Shown one piece after another: positions 20,862-31,334 of a stretch of 64,000 nucleotides of DNA. The notes under the pieces are model-generated. The model saw only the letters and a program-made list of their open reading frames with translations, searched no databases and had not been told where the DNA came from. Source of the stretch: Desulfatiglandales bacterium (GTDB lineage: Bacteria; Desulfobacterota; DSM-4660; Desulfatiglandales; HGW-15). Each line of letters starts with the position of its first letter. Position 1 is the first letter of the stretch. The stretch lies in assembly GCA_963667015.2 (NCBI GenBank), contig CAXXJJ010000004.1, positions 3,808,001 to 3,872,000 of the forward strand, given 5' to 3'. Position numbers and translations under genes: made by a program.

Positions 20862-21911
20862 ATGACCATGGCATCACAGTGGAAAAACGAATATAAAATT
20901 CTGAAAAACTATATTAAATCAAATCCGGAAATCTCAATTGGTATGTACGAAACCTCCATACCTGAGGATTTTCGCGGGAAATTTTACGCACTCTTTGACA
21001 ATGTGCGAAAGGCCTTCGTTGAGTCATGGGTCAGCTCATTTGATCTCGATTTTCATTCCCTTGGAAAAAACTTTATTGAAGCGGAAAAGACAATCGCCCA
21101 AAGCTTAAACCTCAAGCATATGGATTTACCGGTTGATCTGGCCAGTTTTCTGCATAACCCGGAAAAAGGCATGATGCGTCTTCTATATAATCGCCTTTTT
21201 GAGCTTATTCAGGGTAAAATAGCAGAAGCTGACTTTGAGAAGATGGCTGAAGAGGACCTCAACCCGAGCGCCTACAATTTTTTCCGGCTGGGTTATGAGC
21301 AGTGGGCCGCTGTTTCCATCCTGCTGTTGCTTGAGCCGGATGAAATCCATGGTGTCAGCCTTGATGATGATTATAATCTCTGTATATCGGAACTGAATCA
21401 GATTACTTTCGGAAAACAGTATCATCACCCTGCCAAGCGTATCCCTGAATTTATTATTCACTCAAAAAGACTGGAGAGTTATATAGCCTTTAAAATGCCC
21501 CTGGCAACGTCTGTGGAGTTTTACTGTCTTCCGCCGGAAATTCCCACAAAGAGAATACTGAGAGATCGTACAGGAGATACGTCTCAGGTCCTTGGGTCCA
21601 GAATGCTCTTTCTGGCTGTTGTACCGGACCTGAAAAAACTGCCGGTATTTGCCGATTTACATGAGCGGACAATATGCGGGCCTGATTTAACTTTAGAATT
21701 TTTAACGGGGTATGAGCTCTCTGACCCGGCAGCCCTCCAGAAGGTTCAAACGCATGTGGAAATTATGAAACCACCCCTTGGGGGAAATATAGTGCTTGTT
21801 GACAATAACCCGGATACTGTGCCGGATAAAAGGGAAACAGGTATGGATATATTTTCAGTAAGGCTTGATCAGTCAGGATTACAACCAATTATAGATAAAT
21901 TAGCTAATTAA
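20862..21911 (+). CDS. Hypothetical protein
   Basis: 349-aa ORF inside the operon; no recognised motif. Confidence 0.7.
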   Translation: MTMASQWKNEYKILKNYIKSNPEISIGMYETSIPEDFRGKFYALFDNVRKAFVESWVSSFDLDFHSLGKNFIEAEKTIAQSLNLKHMDLPVDLASFLHNPEKGMMRLLYNRLFELIQGKIAEADFEKMAEEDLNPSAYNFFRLGYEQWAAVSILLLLEPDEIHGVSLDDDYNLCISELNQITFGKQYHHPAKRIPEFIIHSKRLESYIAFKMPLATSVEFYCLPPEIPTKRILRDRTGDTSQVLGSRMLFLAVVPDLKKLPVFADLHERTICGPDLTLEFLTGYELSDPAALQKVQTHVEIMKPPLGGNIVLVDNNPDTVPDKRETGMDIFSVRLDQSGLQPIIDKLAN

Positions 21912-21943
21912 CCTATTACCCATTATACTTCAGGAGGAAAAAA

Positions 21944-22663
21944 ATGGCTGATGAAAAAACCAACGTTAACCGCAGAAGCTTTCTTAAGAATGCGGGCGTC
22001 ATCATCGGCGGCAGCGCTATCGGAGCCGCGGGTATGACTTTAAGACCTGAAATGGCACAGGCCGCAGACGCTGTTAAATCAGTGCCAAAAACCGTTACAC
22101 AGTTCCGTTGCCCGGTGTGTAATAAAAACTTCAGCAGCTTTGCTGAATTGAAGCATCATTTTCAGACCGATCACCCGGAAAATGTTATGCCCACCACCAC
22201 AAAGCTCAATATCAACGGAGAGGATTGCGAGGTCCTGATAGAGCCCCACTGGACTCTTCAGCGTACACTCCAGTTCAAGCTGGGCCTGAGCGGCGCCAAA
22301 CACATGTGCGGCCGGGGTGCATGCGGGTCATGTACTGTAATCATGGATGGCAGGGCAATCCTGTCATGTACTACTCTGGCAGTTGAGTGTGAAGGAAAAG
22401 CAATCCAGACCGTAGAAGGTATTGCGGCTGATCCCAAATGGAGACCCCTCATTGATTCTTACTGTAAGTGGGATGCCATGCAGTGCGGTTACTGTACACC
22501 CGGGATGCTGGTTTCCGCGAAAAACCTTCTTGATAAAACACCCAATCCTACAGCGGAAGACTGTAAACAGGCCCTCGCTGGCAACCTGTGCAGCTGCGGC
22601 ACATATCACCGACACCCCACAGCTATTTTGGAAGCTGCCCAGACAATAAAAGGAGGTGCATAA
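21944..22663 (+). CDS. Molybdenum hydroxylase small (2Fe-2S) subunit with Tat signal and C2H2 finger
   Basis: NRRSFLK; CPVC..HFQTDH; CGRGACGSC, QCGYCTPG, GNLCSC. Confidence 0.9.
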   Translation: MADEKTNVNRRSFLKNAGVIIGGSAIGAAGMTLRPEMAQAADAVKSVPKTVTQFRCPVCNKNFSSFAELKHHFQTDHPENVMPTTTKLNINGEDCEVLIEPHWTLQRTLQFKLGLSGAKHMCGRGACGSCTVIMDGRAILSCTTLAVECEGKAIQTVEGIAADPKWRPLIDSYCKWDAMQCGYCTPGMLVSAKNLLDKTPNPTAEDCKQALAGNLCSCGTYHRHPTAILEAAQTIKGGA

Positions 22664-22664
22664 C

Positions 22665-25022
22665 ATGGCAGATTTAACTGTAAACGGAGACAGAAAAGAA
22701 TTCAAGGTAGTAGGGAAACCACATCTGCCCGGTAAACTGTCATGGGCAGTAGCAACCGGTGTGGCAAAATTCGGAGCAGACTATGTGATTCCGGATATGG
22801 TTGAAGCAAAATTCATGCGCAGCCCCTATGCCCATGCCAAGATAAAAAGCTATAACCTGAAAAAGGCCCTGGCTGTTCCAGGTGTTGTGGACATAGTCAC
22901 ATATGACGATCCGGATATGCAGAAATTTAAACTCAGCGGCCTTATGGGCGGTTCACCATATCCTTTTCTTGACAGTGTTGCCCATGAGGAAAACGGGGTA
23001 GTCGGATTTATAGTCGTTGCGGAAAACGAGGATATCTGCGAAGAGGTGTTAAGGCAGATTGACGTGGAATGGGAAGAACTGCCAAATGTAACTGACATTA
23101 AAAAAGGAAGAGAGAATGATGCCCCGGTAATACGTCCCGAGGATCGAAGCGGCCCCGGTGGATTCAGCAGAGGACCCAGCAATAATCCGCCTAAAAAGGG
23201 AAATGTCGCCTTTTCCAATCAGAACCAGGGTGATGTGGAACAGGGTTTTAAAGAGGCTGACTACATTGTTGAGTACGACCTTAATATGCCTACATACGCA
23301 TCAGCCTCACCAAATCCTCACGGATCAGTAGCGTGGTGGTTTGACGATCCCTACCTGGGCAGGGACAATATCCACATAGAAGGCGCTGTCTGGCATGCCA
23401 GCGGCGGTAAAAATGCAATCGCGCAGCTTTACGGCCTGCCTCCGGAAAAGACGGTACAGGAAGGTCTCTTCCAGGGCGGCAAATACTGCGACTGGACAAT
23501 ACGCAGATCACAGAAAATCACTCCCTTTCTTTCAAAAAGGGTGGGAAGGCCTGTACGCTGTATAAACGAACGCAAGGACACCTTTGACTTTATGGTCTCC
23601 CAGCGTTTTATGCACATGAAGGTCGGATTTAAAAAGGACGGCACAATAACCGCCTTTGATGACTTCTCAATAGCTGACGGCGGAACCCCGGGCAATTCAT
23701 TCTTCGGCACCTCGGGCGACCAGGGCTACAGCCCATACATTGGCACAAAATGTAAGAACATAAGACAGAATATGGATATTGTAGACAGCAACCGCGGTCT
23801 TATGGCCTTCAGCTCACAGTTCTGTCCCTTTAACTGGGATTCAGTCACTATGGCAATACATATGATTGCCGAAAAACTCGGAAAAGACCCCATTGATATC
23901 GCAAGAATCAATCTTCACGGCCCTGACGGTCAGGATGACAACAGACCTGTTCCAAGCTTTGACGCATGCATTGAAGCCGGAAAAAAAATGATGAACTGGA
24001 AATGGCATAAAAACGGCGCAAAGAGGCTTAAAGACGGAAGACTCCACGGCGCCGGCTTCAGATATCAGATGTGCCCTAGACATTCAATGGGTTCGGATTT
24101 TCACGCTGTACTCGAGCTTCGGGACGGTGTAGTGCACCTGCCGATACAGGGCCCCCATGCAGGAGTATTTTCCGTTGAAGGCGTTGCCATGATTGCGGCT
24201 GAAGAACTCGGCCTCAGGTTCGAGGATATCAGCATTGATTACGATCCCAATGCAATGTTCGTATCCATCAGCGGAGGGGCAGACGGGCTTGTAAATACCG
24301 GATGGGTTTTAAAACAATGCGCTCACAAATTAAGGAAGGAAATTTTTGAGGCAGCTATTGCCGAGGCCGAAAAACCTGCCCCCATGGGCTTCGGCTTTGG
24401 ACCACCTCGAAAGGCTGCTCCAAATCCGTTGAAGGGCAAAAAACCCGAAGACCTGGATATAATAGACGGAATGATCGTGCTTAAGTCTGACAACACAAAA
24501 GGAGTACCGCTTAAGAGCCTTACATCAAATGTATATGCGACATTTGCCGGCTGTGCGCCTAATCCAGTATGGCCAAGCAAGTACGATCTTTTAAACACCC
24601 TGTACTGTGAAGTAGCCGTGGATGAAGAAACCGGTGAAGTAGAAGTCCTGAGATACGAAGCGGCTGTTGACTCCGGCAAGGTAATAAGGCTTACCTCCCT
24701 TGAAAGTCAGCTTAACCAGGTTGCGATCTTCAGCCAGGGATGCCAGCTCTATGAGGACTATTTCTATGATCCTAAAACAGGTATTAAACTCAACCATAAT
24801 TATATTGAGTACAAAAAAGCGGGTATGCTGGATGTAACGGACGTTAAGGAGCCGGAATTGATAGAGACCCGCGCCGGCAACGGGGTATACGGTGCAAATG
24901 GCATAAGCCATTCAATGGCGAACACGCACCTTATTATCTGTGCTATCTACAACGCCATTGGCAAATGGGTTGATCCGCCTGCTACACCGGACAAGGTTCT
25001 CGCGGCACTGGGCAAGATATAA
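22665..25022 (+). CDS. Xanthine dehydrogenase-family molybdopterin-binding subunit
   Basis: RSPYAHAKI, EVAVDEETGEV, IYNAIG..PATPDKVL. Confidence 0.88.
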   Translation: MADLTVNGDRKEFKVVGKPHLPGKLSWAVATGVAKFGADYVIPDMVEAKFMRSPYAHAKIKSYNLKKALAVPGVVDIVTYDDPDMQKFKLSGLMGGSPYPFLDSVAHEENGVVGFIVVAENEDICEEVLRQIDVEWEELPNVTDIKKGRENDAPVIRPEDRSGPGGFSRGPSNNPPKKGNVAFSNQNQGDVEQGFKEADYIVEYDLNMPTYASASPNPHGSVAWWFDDPYLGRDNIHIEGAVWHASGGKNAIAQLYGLPPEKTVQEGLFQGGKYCDWTIRRSQKITPFLSKRVGRPVRCINERKDTFDFMVSQRFMHMKVGFKKDGTITAFDDFSIADGGTPGNSFFGTSGDQGYSPYIGTKCKNIRQNMDIVDSNRGLMAFSSQFCPFNWDSVTMAIHMIAEKLGKDPIDIARINLHGPDGQDDNRPVPSFDACIEAGKKMMNWKWHKNGAKRLKDGRLHGAGFRYQMCPRHSMGSDFHAVLELRDGVVHLPIQGPHAGVFSVEGVAMIAAEELGLRFEDISIDYDPNAMFVSISGGADGLVNTGWVLKQCAHKLRKEIFEAAIAEAEKPAPMGFGFGPPRKAAPNPLKGKKPEDLDIIDGMIVLKSDNTKGVPLKSLTSNVYATFAGCAPNPVWPSKYDLLNTLYCEVAVDEETGEVEVLRYEAAVDSGKVIRLTSLESQLNQVAIFSQGCQLYEDYFYDPKTGIKLNHNYIEYKKAGMLDVTDVKEPELIETRAGNGVYGANGISHSMANTHLIICAIYNAIGKWVDPPATPDKVLAALGKI

Positions 25023-25105
25023 TAAAAGCAAGGTTCAAGGTTTAAGGCTTAAGGTTCAGGGTAAAGGCCTTAAATCTAAACCAAAAAGCTAACAAGGAGA
25101 AAAAA

Positions 25106-26082
25106 ATGAAGCCATTTAATCATACAAATGCAACATCAATTGCAGAAATCAAAACAGCCCTTGCCGACGGTAAAACTACGCTTATTGCAGGCGGGACTGA
25201 TCTATTAGGGACACTCAAGGATAATATCCTTCGCGACTACCCTTCTACAGTAATTAATATTAAAACCGTTCCCGGGCTTGATTATATCAAGGAAGAAAAG
25301 GGAATACTCAAAATAGGAGCAACAACACGTCTGGCAGATATTGCGGCTGATCCCACTGTGCAGAAGAAATACACTGCACTGGCCCAGGCAGCGTCACGTG
25401 TAGCTTCACCCCATATCCGGGACATGGGTACCATAGCTGGAAATATTGCACAGCTTCACAGGTGCTGGTATTTTCGCAAACCGGAAAACCGCTTTGACTG
25501 TAAACGAAAGGGAGGATCAACATGCTTTGCCATGAGCGGTGACAACCGTTACCACTCAATCTTTGGTGCAGAAGGCGGGTGCCTTGCGGTTCATCCCAGT
25601 GATACAGCTCCCGCACTTATAGCACTCAACGCAAAGATAGTTACGGACAGCAGGACAATTGAGGCGGATAATTTTTTTGAGGTAAAACAGCCTGGGAATA
25701 CGGTTCTTGCGAAGGATGAAATAATCACTGAAATTCAGATCCCTGAGCCTCCAAAGGGCTGTAAAAGTGCATTTATCAAATTTGCCTCGCAGGGAAGAGC
25801 GTCCGTAAATCCATTGACTTCCCCATTGTAAACTGTGCGGTAATGGTCGGTGGCAAAGAACCAAGGATTTGTCTGAACGCCGTTGCACCCAGGCCTTATC
25901 GTGCAACAAAGGCAGAAGAAGCCATCGCAGGGAAGAGCGTTAAAAAGCTCAATGAAAAGCTGGCTGATGCAGCAGGGGAGGCGGCTGTTTCCGAGGTAAA
26001 ATCATTTCCCAGTGCAGCCCAGTTTAAAAAACAGATAGCTAAAACCATTGTAAAACGGGCAATTCTTATGGCGACAGCCTGA
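25106..26082 (+). pseudogene. FAD-binding subunit of the Mo hydroxylase, frameshifted near 25787-25802
   Basis: IAGGTDL, IRDMGTIAGN, HPSDTAPAL; the expected KFA-x-RKSIDFPIVNCAV continues in another frame. Confidence 0.8.
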
Positions 26083-26159
26083 TAAGGATGATGCAATATT
26101 TAGACTAGGGAAGAACAGATCGTTCTTCCCTGTTGTTTTATATGAATAAGGAGGAAACG

Positions 26160-26477
26160 ATGTTAACAGTAACAGACAAGGCAAACGAAAAGATCACAGA
26201 TTTTCTTAAGGCCCAGAAAGACCCGTCATGCATAAGGTTTTTCCTCTCAGAAGGCGGCTGCTCAGGGCCTTCTATTGGAATGGCTCTTGATGAGCCGTCA
26301 GAAAATGATGAGGTTATAAAAGACAACGGGGTAACCTACTTAATTGACAAAATGCTGCTGGAAAAGGCAAAACCGATAAGTGTTGACTTTATTGAATCTG
26401 AGACCGGTTCGGGTTTTTCAATCTCCTCCAGTTTACCAAAGGGAACAGGGTGCAGCTCTTGCTCAAGCTGCTCCTGA
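26160..26477 (+). CDS. IscA/HesB-like protein, Cys form (GGCSGPSIGMALDE)
   Basis: RBS AGGAGG; family motif; C-terminal CSSCSSC. Confidence 0.85.
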   Translation: MLTVTDKANEKITDFLKAQKDPSCIRFFLSEGGCSGPSIGMALDEPSENDEVIKDNGVTYLIDKMLLEKAKPISVDFIESETGSGFSISSSLPKGTGCSSCSSCS

Positions 26478-26530
26478 TCAGATAAAATACAGGGATTTTC
26501 AATTCAACTTAATACAGAAGGAGAAAAGAG

Positions 26531-27403
26531 ATGAAATATGCCAAATTAATGATTTTGTCGGGTGTATTGCTGTCGATTCTGGCCGCAGGAACTGTTTACG
26601 CAGCGGCCCAGGATCAGTGGGAGGTATTAATACCCAGGGCAATCGACGGGGTGAAGGTGAGAATGGCTGCATTCCACAACGAAAACTTTGGCGTCTGGGG
26701 CGGAGCCGGGGACGAAGGCGCCCAGCACTATACCCTTGACGGAGGCAAGACCTGGACGGCGGCAAAGACCGGAGGCTGCATGTTCTCCGTGGATATCGTG
26801 GATACTGACACAATATGGCAATCCTGTCTGAGCGGTACAAGTCTGACTGTAGACGGCGGGAAAAACTGGAAGGTCATTGCAAAAGATGTCGGCGGTCTGG
26901 CCAGCATCCTTGCCTTTGCGGATGCAAAGACAGGATGGGTAGGTTCCGCAAATAAGTTTAAAGTGACCAGGGACGGCGGGGCAACGTGGAATGAACTGAC
27001 CCTGCCCGAAGGAGTCAACGCTGTTGCTGCAATTTCACTCCGCACTCCGACCGACGGGTACCTGATAGGAAAGGATGGTGTCCTGTACATTACAAATGAC
27101 TGCGGCAAGTCCTGGAAGTCCGGTTCACTGGGCCTTGAAAACCCTGTTATTTCCGGGTTCGACAACGATTGGGTCGAGACTCCGCAGGCTGCCGTGCGTT
27201 TTACCGACGCCAAAAATGGCCTGGTCGTTCTGGGACTTTCAGGCAATGAGAATATGATTGCCCTGCGAACAGAAGACGGCGGGAAATCCTGGAAAAAAGA
27301 AAACGTACCCGCTAAACCGGGGAAACCCTTTATCTCCCGTGACGGAAAATTTTTGACGATAAGCAAATGGCAGGTAGGGCTTACACTCCTCAAAGCCAAC
27401 TAG
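26531..27403 (+). CDS. Exported YCF48/BNR-repeat beta-propeller protein
   Basis: Signal peptide; repeated T-x-DGG-x-T/SW Asp-boxes. Confidence 0.8.
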   Translation: MKYAKLMILSGVLLSILAAGTVYAAAQDQWEVLIPRAIDGVKVRMAAFHNENFGVWGGAGDEGAQHYTLDGGKTWTAAKTGGCMFSVDIVDTDTIWQSCLSGTSLTVDGGKNWKVIAKDVGGLASILAFADAKTGWVGSANKFKVTRDGGATWNELTLPEGVNAVAAISLRTPTDGYLIGKDGVLYITNDCGKSWKSGSLGLENPVISGFDNDWVETPQAAVRFTDAKNGLVVLGLSGNENMIALRTEDGGKSWKKENVPAKPGKPFISRDGKFLTISKWQVGLTLLKAN

Positions 27404-27414
27404 GTGTTCCTTTT

Positions 27415-27924
27415 ATGATCACAGGTATTATGCAATGGCTTTTCCCGTGTTTTCTTTCACTTAAGAAGCATAATACCTGTATTCATATCCCGTGCGTTCT
27501 GCACTGGCTGTTTCGATTCATTCTGTCCGGCATCTTTTTATACAGCGGCTATGTCAAATGGAAAAGTCCGTTGCGGTTCGAGGCGGTGCTTTATGCATAT
27601 GACCTGTTTCCGGACGTATATATTCCTGCCATAGCCCTGTATTTCCCCTGGGTTGAAATAATTCTTGGCCTGTTACTCCTGATTGGATTCAGACGAAAGA
27701 TCCGATATCTGGCCGGAGCCTCCACCATGCTGCTGCTTTTTTTTATAACCATTATAATCATCACCTATTTCCGGGGGATTGAAGTAGATTGCGGATGCCT
27801 GGGCTTCGACGATCCGATCTCTCCCTGGACAATCGCCCGCGATACCCTGATGCTCATTCCTGCCATTTATCTGCTGTTCGCAGACCCTCTGCTTCGCAGA
27901 AGCCTTAAGAGTCCAACCCCTTAA
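27415..27924 (+). CDS. MauE/DoxX family membrane protein (start uncertain)
   Basis: RFILSGIFLYSG, PWVEIILG, DCGCLG. Confidence 0.78.
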   Translation: MITGIMQWLFPCFLSLKKHNTCIHIPCVLHWLFRFILSGIFLYSGYVKWKSPLRFEAVLYAYDLFPDVYIPAIALYFPWVEIILGLLLLIGFRRKIRYLAGASTMLLLFFITIIIITYFRGIEVDCGCLGFDDPISPWTIARDTLMLIPAIYLLFADPLLRRSLKSPTP

Positions 27925-27935
27925 AAAAGAATCAA

Positions 27936-27987
27936 ACCGGCTTTTCCGGTACTACATAGTCTTTTTATCGATATTTCCAGTTTGACA
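27936..27987 (+). promoter_or_regulatory. Shared operator/promoter, site 4 (UshA-like cytochrome)
   Basis: ACCGGCTTTTCCGGT-N16-ATCGATATTTCCAGT-TTGACA. Confidence 0.8.
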
Positions 27988-28246
27988 CACAAGAGGATTT
28001 ATTGAAATTATAGGCACATTCACAATCAAGGGTCGTGATGTGCTTGTCCGAAGACGGTAAGAGCTTCAGCCGCATAGTAGAAAGCAAAGACGCTCAGGGC
28101 AATGATATCAGGGTTATTCAGTTTTTTGAAAAGCAGTAAAGCCGTTTGTCACGGTTGTTCCCTTTAAAATCAATTCAATTGCCTGCCTGCAATCATTACA
28201 GGCATTGCGGCGCAGGCGCATTTAATGCATATTCCGGGAGGCTAAA

Positions 28247-29605
28247 ATGAAGAAAATATCAGTTTATATCCTTATTCCACTGCTTGCGGCAGTCATCCTT
28301 TCAACCTTATCTCATACAGAAGATTCAAATGCGGCTGATAACCCGGAGATCACCATTGTCTACAGCAGTAATGTTCTGGGTTATTATCAGCCATGCGGCT
28401 GCAGTGAAGGCGAACAGCTTGGCGGATTGTACAAAAGGTCCACATACCTTAACAATTTTAGAAAAGAACATGGCGAGGTTATCATAGTCGATTCCGGTGA
28501 TCTGCTAAATGAGAATGAAGATCTTTCCGACAAAGTACTTGAATCGGCAAAACTTAAAGCTAAGCTCATAGCTCAGATATACAATACAACAGGAATCGAT
28601 GCAGTGGCTGTCGGTGAACTGGACCTGGTTTTAGGTATTGATTTTCTTAAAGAGCTGCAGGGAAAATATAATTTCCCTTTCATTTCCGCCAACCTGGTTG
28701 ATGAGAAGAACATCCCCTTTTTTAAGCCCTACATTATTAAAAAAATAAACGGAAAGAATGTTGGTATATTCGGGCTTATAGGAAGCAGTTCCGAGATGGG
28801 TTCGAAAATAGAAAAGCTTACAGGCGGTAAAGCAAAGGTTCTGGATACTTTAAAGACCGCAGAAACCATTATTAATGAACTGTCAGGGAAAGTCGATTAC
28901 ATGGTTGCAGTTGCTCATCAGCGAACCAACAGAAACTGGGTAATGGCAAAAAAGGTACCGGGAATAGATTTGATTGTCGTAGGTCATGATAAGCTCAAAA
29001 CAGAGAAACCAAGTAAGGCCGGTAATTCCCTTATTGTACAGGCAGGAGAAAAGGCCCAGCACCTTGGAGTGCTGGAGGTTACAATAAATGATTCTCAAAC
29101 TGAGCATAACATGCTGGTCCCCCTTGGCAACAAAATAGAAGATGATCAGAAGATCAAGGATATGATAGGTGAGTATGAACACAGTGTCGCATCTATGTAT
29201 AATAACCAGGTTCAGGAAAATGCCGCCACTAAAAATGTTGTATCAAGAGTTGCTGTGTGTGAAGCCTGCCATGAAGATCAGGTAAAGGCATGGGACGCCA
29301 CGGACCATGCCCATGCATACGATACGCTGGTCCAAAAATCAAAGCAGCTTGACCCTGACTGCCTGAACTGTCACACAACCCGTTTCGAGCAGCCCGAAGG
29401 CTTTACTATGCAACTTAAGCAGATGGAACTGGCAAATGTTCAGTGCGAAAATTGTCATGGGTTTGCAAAGGAACACCTGAATGACGGAACGCCGATTCCT
29501 GTGGCAAAGCCTGGTATGGATCTATGCCTTAAATGCCACAGCCCCTATCGGTCACCTGATTTTGAAAAGAATGCTGCTGAGATTTTTGAGAAAATAAAAC
29601 ACTAG
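28247..29605 (+). CDS. UshA-like metallophosphoesterase domain fused to a tetraheme cytochrome c; Cys form (PCGCS)
   Basis: QPCGCS..LGG, VDSGDL, ISANL, IVVGH; CEACH, CLNCH, CENCH, CLKCH. Confidence 0.85.
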   Translation: MKKISVYILIPLLAAVILSTLSHTEDSNAADNPEITIVYSSNVLGYYQPCGCSEGEQLGGLYKRSTYLNNFRKEHGEVIIVDSGDLLNENEDLSDKVLESAKLKAKLIAQIYNTTGIDAVAVGELDLVLGIDFLKELQGKYNFPFISANLVDEKNIPFFKPYIIKKINGKNVGIFGLIGSSSEMGSKIEKLTGGKAKVLDTLKTAETIINELSGKVDYMVAVAHQRTNRNWVMAKKVPGIDLIVVGHDKLKTEKPSKAGNSLIVQAGEKAQHLGVLEVTINDSQTEHNMLVPLGNKIEDDQKIKDMIGEYEHSVASMYNNQVQENAATKNVVSRVAVCEACHEDQVKAWDATDHAHAYDTLVQKSKQLDPDCLNCHTTRFEQPEGFTMQLKQMELANVQCENCHGFAKEHLNDGTPIPVAKPGMDLCLKCHSPYRSPDFEKNAAEIFEKIKH

Positions 29606-29619
29606 TCAATGTAATTTTT

Positions 29620-29646
29620 GTAGAGACAGGTTTCAAACCTGTCTCT
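29620..29646 (+). repeat. REP-like palindrome
   Basis: GTAG followed by AGACAGGTTT-C-AAACCTGTCT. Confidence 0.5.
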
Positions 29647-29668
29647 GATTTTTCATTCCAACATTTTA

Positions 29669-30808
29669 CTATAGCATTTCGATATAGGCCTCTATTCTAA
29701 CCCGGAGCTGTCCGGTATCGCTCTCGGAATAATCCGTTTCCAGGTGCAGCGACGGAACGCCCAGGAGCTCCTGGACCAGCTCATCCACCATAAAGGCTTC
29801 AATGTTGTAGGTGTGGCAGGCCTGCCAGGTGAGATCGATTACGCCGTCAACAGAGAAATCCCTGATTATTTCGGAAAGGAGATCAAACCTGCCATTATTG
29901 GGACTCATAACCGAGCAGGGGGTCCTAAGATACTGTTCGGCCAGGGCATCCATGGGGTCTTTATCCTCTGCGACCTGGAAGGCCTGCTTGTAACCGGAAC
30001 AGCTCTCAAAGGCAACCACGTCTGCCCCGATCTGCTCAACTATCCTGATAACCTTTTCACTCCCGATTCCGACCGGAACACCGGTAAGGAGAATTCTTTT
30101 TTTATTGTTGCCGCTTTCCACCGGGGAGGCTGTTTCATGGTGCTTTATAACTTCCTGCATCAGATCGATACCTTTTTCCTTGTTCGCCAGAAACCCAACC
30201 TTTAAAGAGGACCTCGAGCAGTTGCGTAAACCTGGAAGCGGCGCGGGTATTGGCTTTATTGATAGGTCCATCAGGGCCTTTCTTGTCATGCGTTCCCTGT
30301 TCATCAGCCCTATGGCATCCTTTAGTTTATCCTGAGTGTAATCGTTACACCGGTCAGTTGTTCCACAATGGCCTTGAAATGATGCAGCTCATTTTTCCAT
30401 GCTGCAAGCGCCAGTGTCATCATCCTGCAGTGAAGGCAATTGCATCACGTGGGTTGTCTTGGTTCGGTTCAACAGTTCGAACATCTTCTTTTTACCGTCG
30501 CAGGTAGTGTCACCTATGATAATATCGGAAAAGGCGAAAAAAGGGCAGGTATCAGTAATTGCAAATCCATAGCTCGATTTGATCAGCGGGCATAGGTTGC
30601 GCGGAAGCACATCTTCGGCTGCGGTTATGGGGTTGTTGCTGGTGCCGCACAGGGGCAATGGAATAGCGCCGGCGGCAACGGCTATCTCCATGGGAGAATA
30701 GAGGCAGTAGTATCCTACAGCGGCTCTGCCGTCCTTTTTCATCTGTTCAATATCCTCAGGATTCTGATCCATGGCCTGCTGGAGTCTTGTCATCAGTTTT
30801 TCAGTCAT
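29669..30808 (-). pseudogene. Second DCCP-like reductase, frameshifted around 30300-30400
   Basis: N-part YCLYSP, LCPLIKSSYG, TTCDGKKK; C-part ESCSG, WQACHTY, ETDYSESD in a separate ORF. Confidence 0.82.
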
Positions 30809-30901
30809 ATCTGCACCTTTCGCAACCGGTTATTTTCAAGAGAAATTTGTTAACTGATTTTATGAATAAGTCAGATGGAATTTTAATTGAGGAGAAAGGA
30901 A

Positions 30902-30953
30902 TGTCAAACAAGAGTTTCCGATCTATTTAAGTTATCTCATAGACACACCCTAT
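30902..30953 (-). promoter_or_regulatory. Shared operator/promoter, site 5 (second DCCP)
   Basis: ATAGGGTGTGTCTAT-N16-ATCGGAAACTCTTGT-TTGACA. Confidence 0.8.
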
Positions 30954-31334
30954 TTATCTATGCCATTTAACGGTTTATTTTCTTTCCTAACAGCCTTCTT
31001 TGATTTTTTCCTTCCCACAATAACATTCCTACACGTAACACCCAGTATCTTTTTATTCTGCATTGCAGAAACAGTCCCACCCTGAAACCTCTAGGATGAC
31101 ATTGGAGCCTGCATGACATGAGAAACTGCCCATCCCGCTTTTCTCATCAAATTACCCTAATTATTTATAAGGGTGGCCGCTTCACAAGTTGTTGTCTTGT
31201 GAAAGGGGCAGTTATCATGTTATTAGATAAAATAGTTTCAACCTTATAATAGGACATGTGCTGTTTTTCCATACCAAAGGTGCATGTAAACTGCGCGAAC
31301 AACGGCATCCCAAATATCATTAAGGAGTAAAAAT

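Noticed and set aside
25031..25082. Short AGGTTCA/AGGTTTA-type tandem repeats as a CRISPR array
   Set aside because: Degenerate heptamers with no spacers and no cas genes.
26475..26477. Terminal TGA of the HesB-like gene as Sec
   Set aside because: The protein already has a normal C-terminus and no SECIS-like hairpin follows.
28132..28148. Third FGFT-like leader (CGGCTTTAC on the minus strand)
   Set aside because: It is antisense to the operon and has no matching start or UGA.
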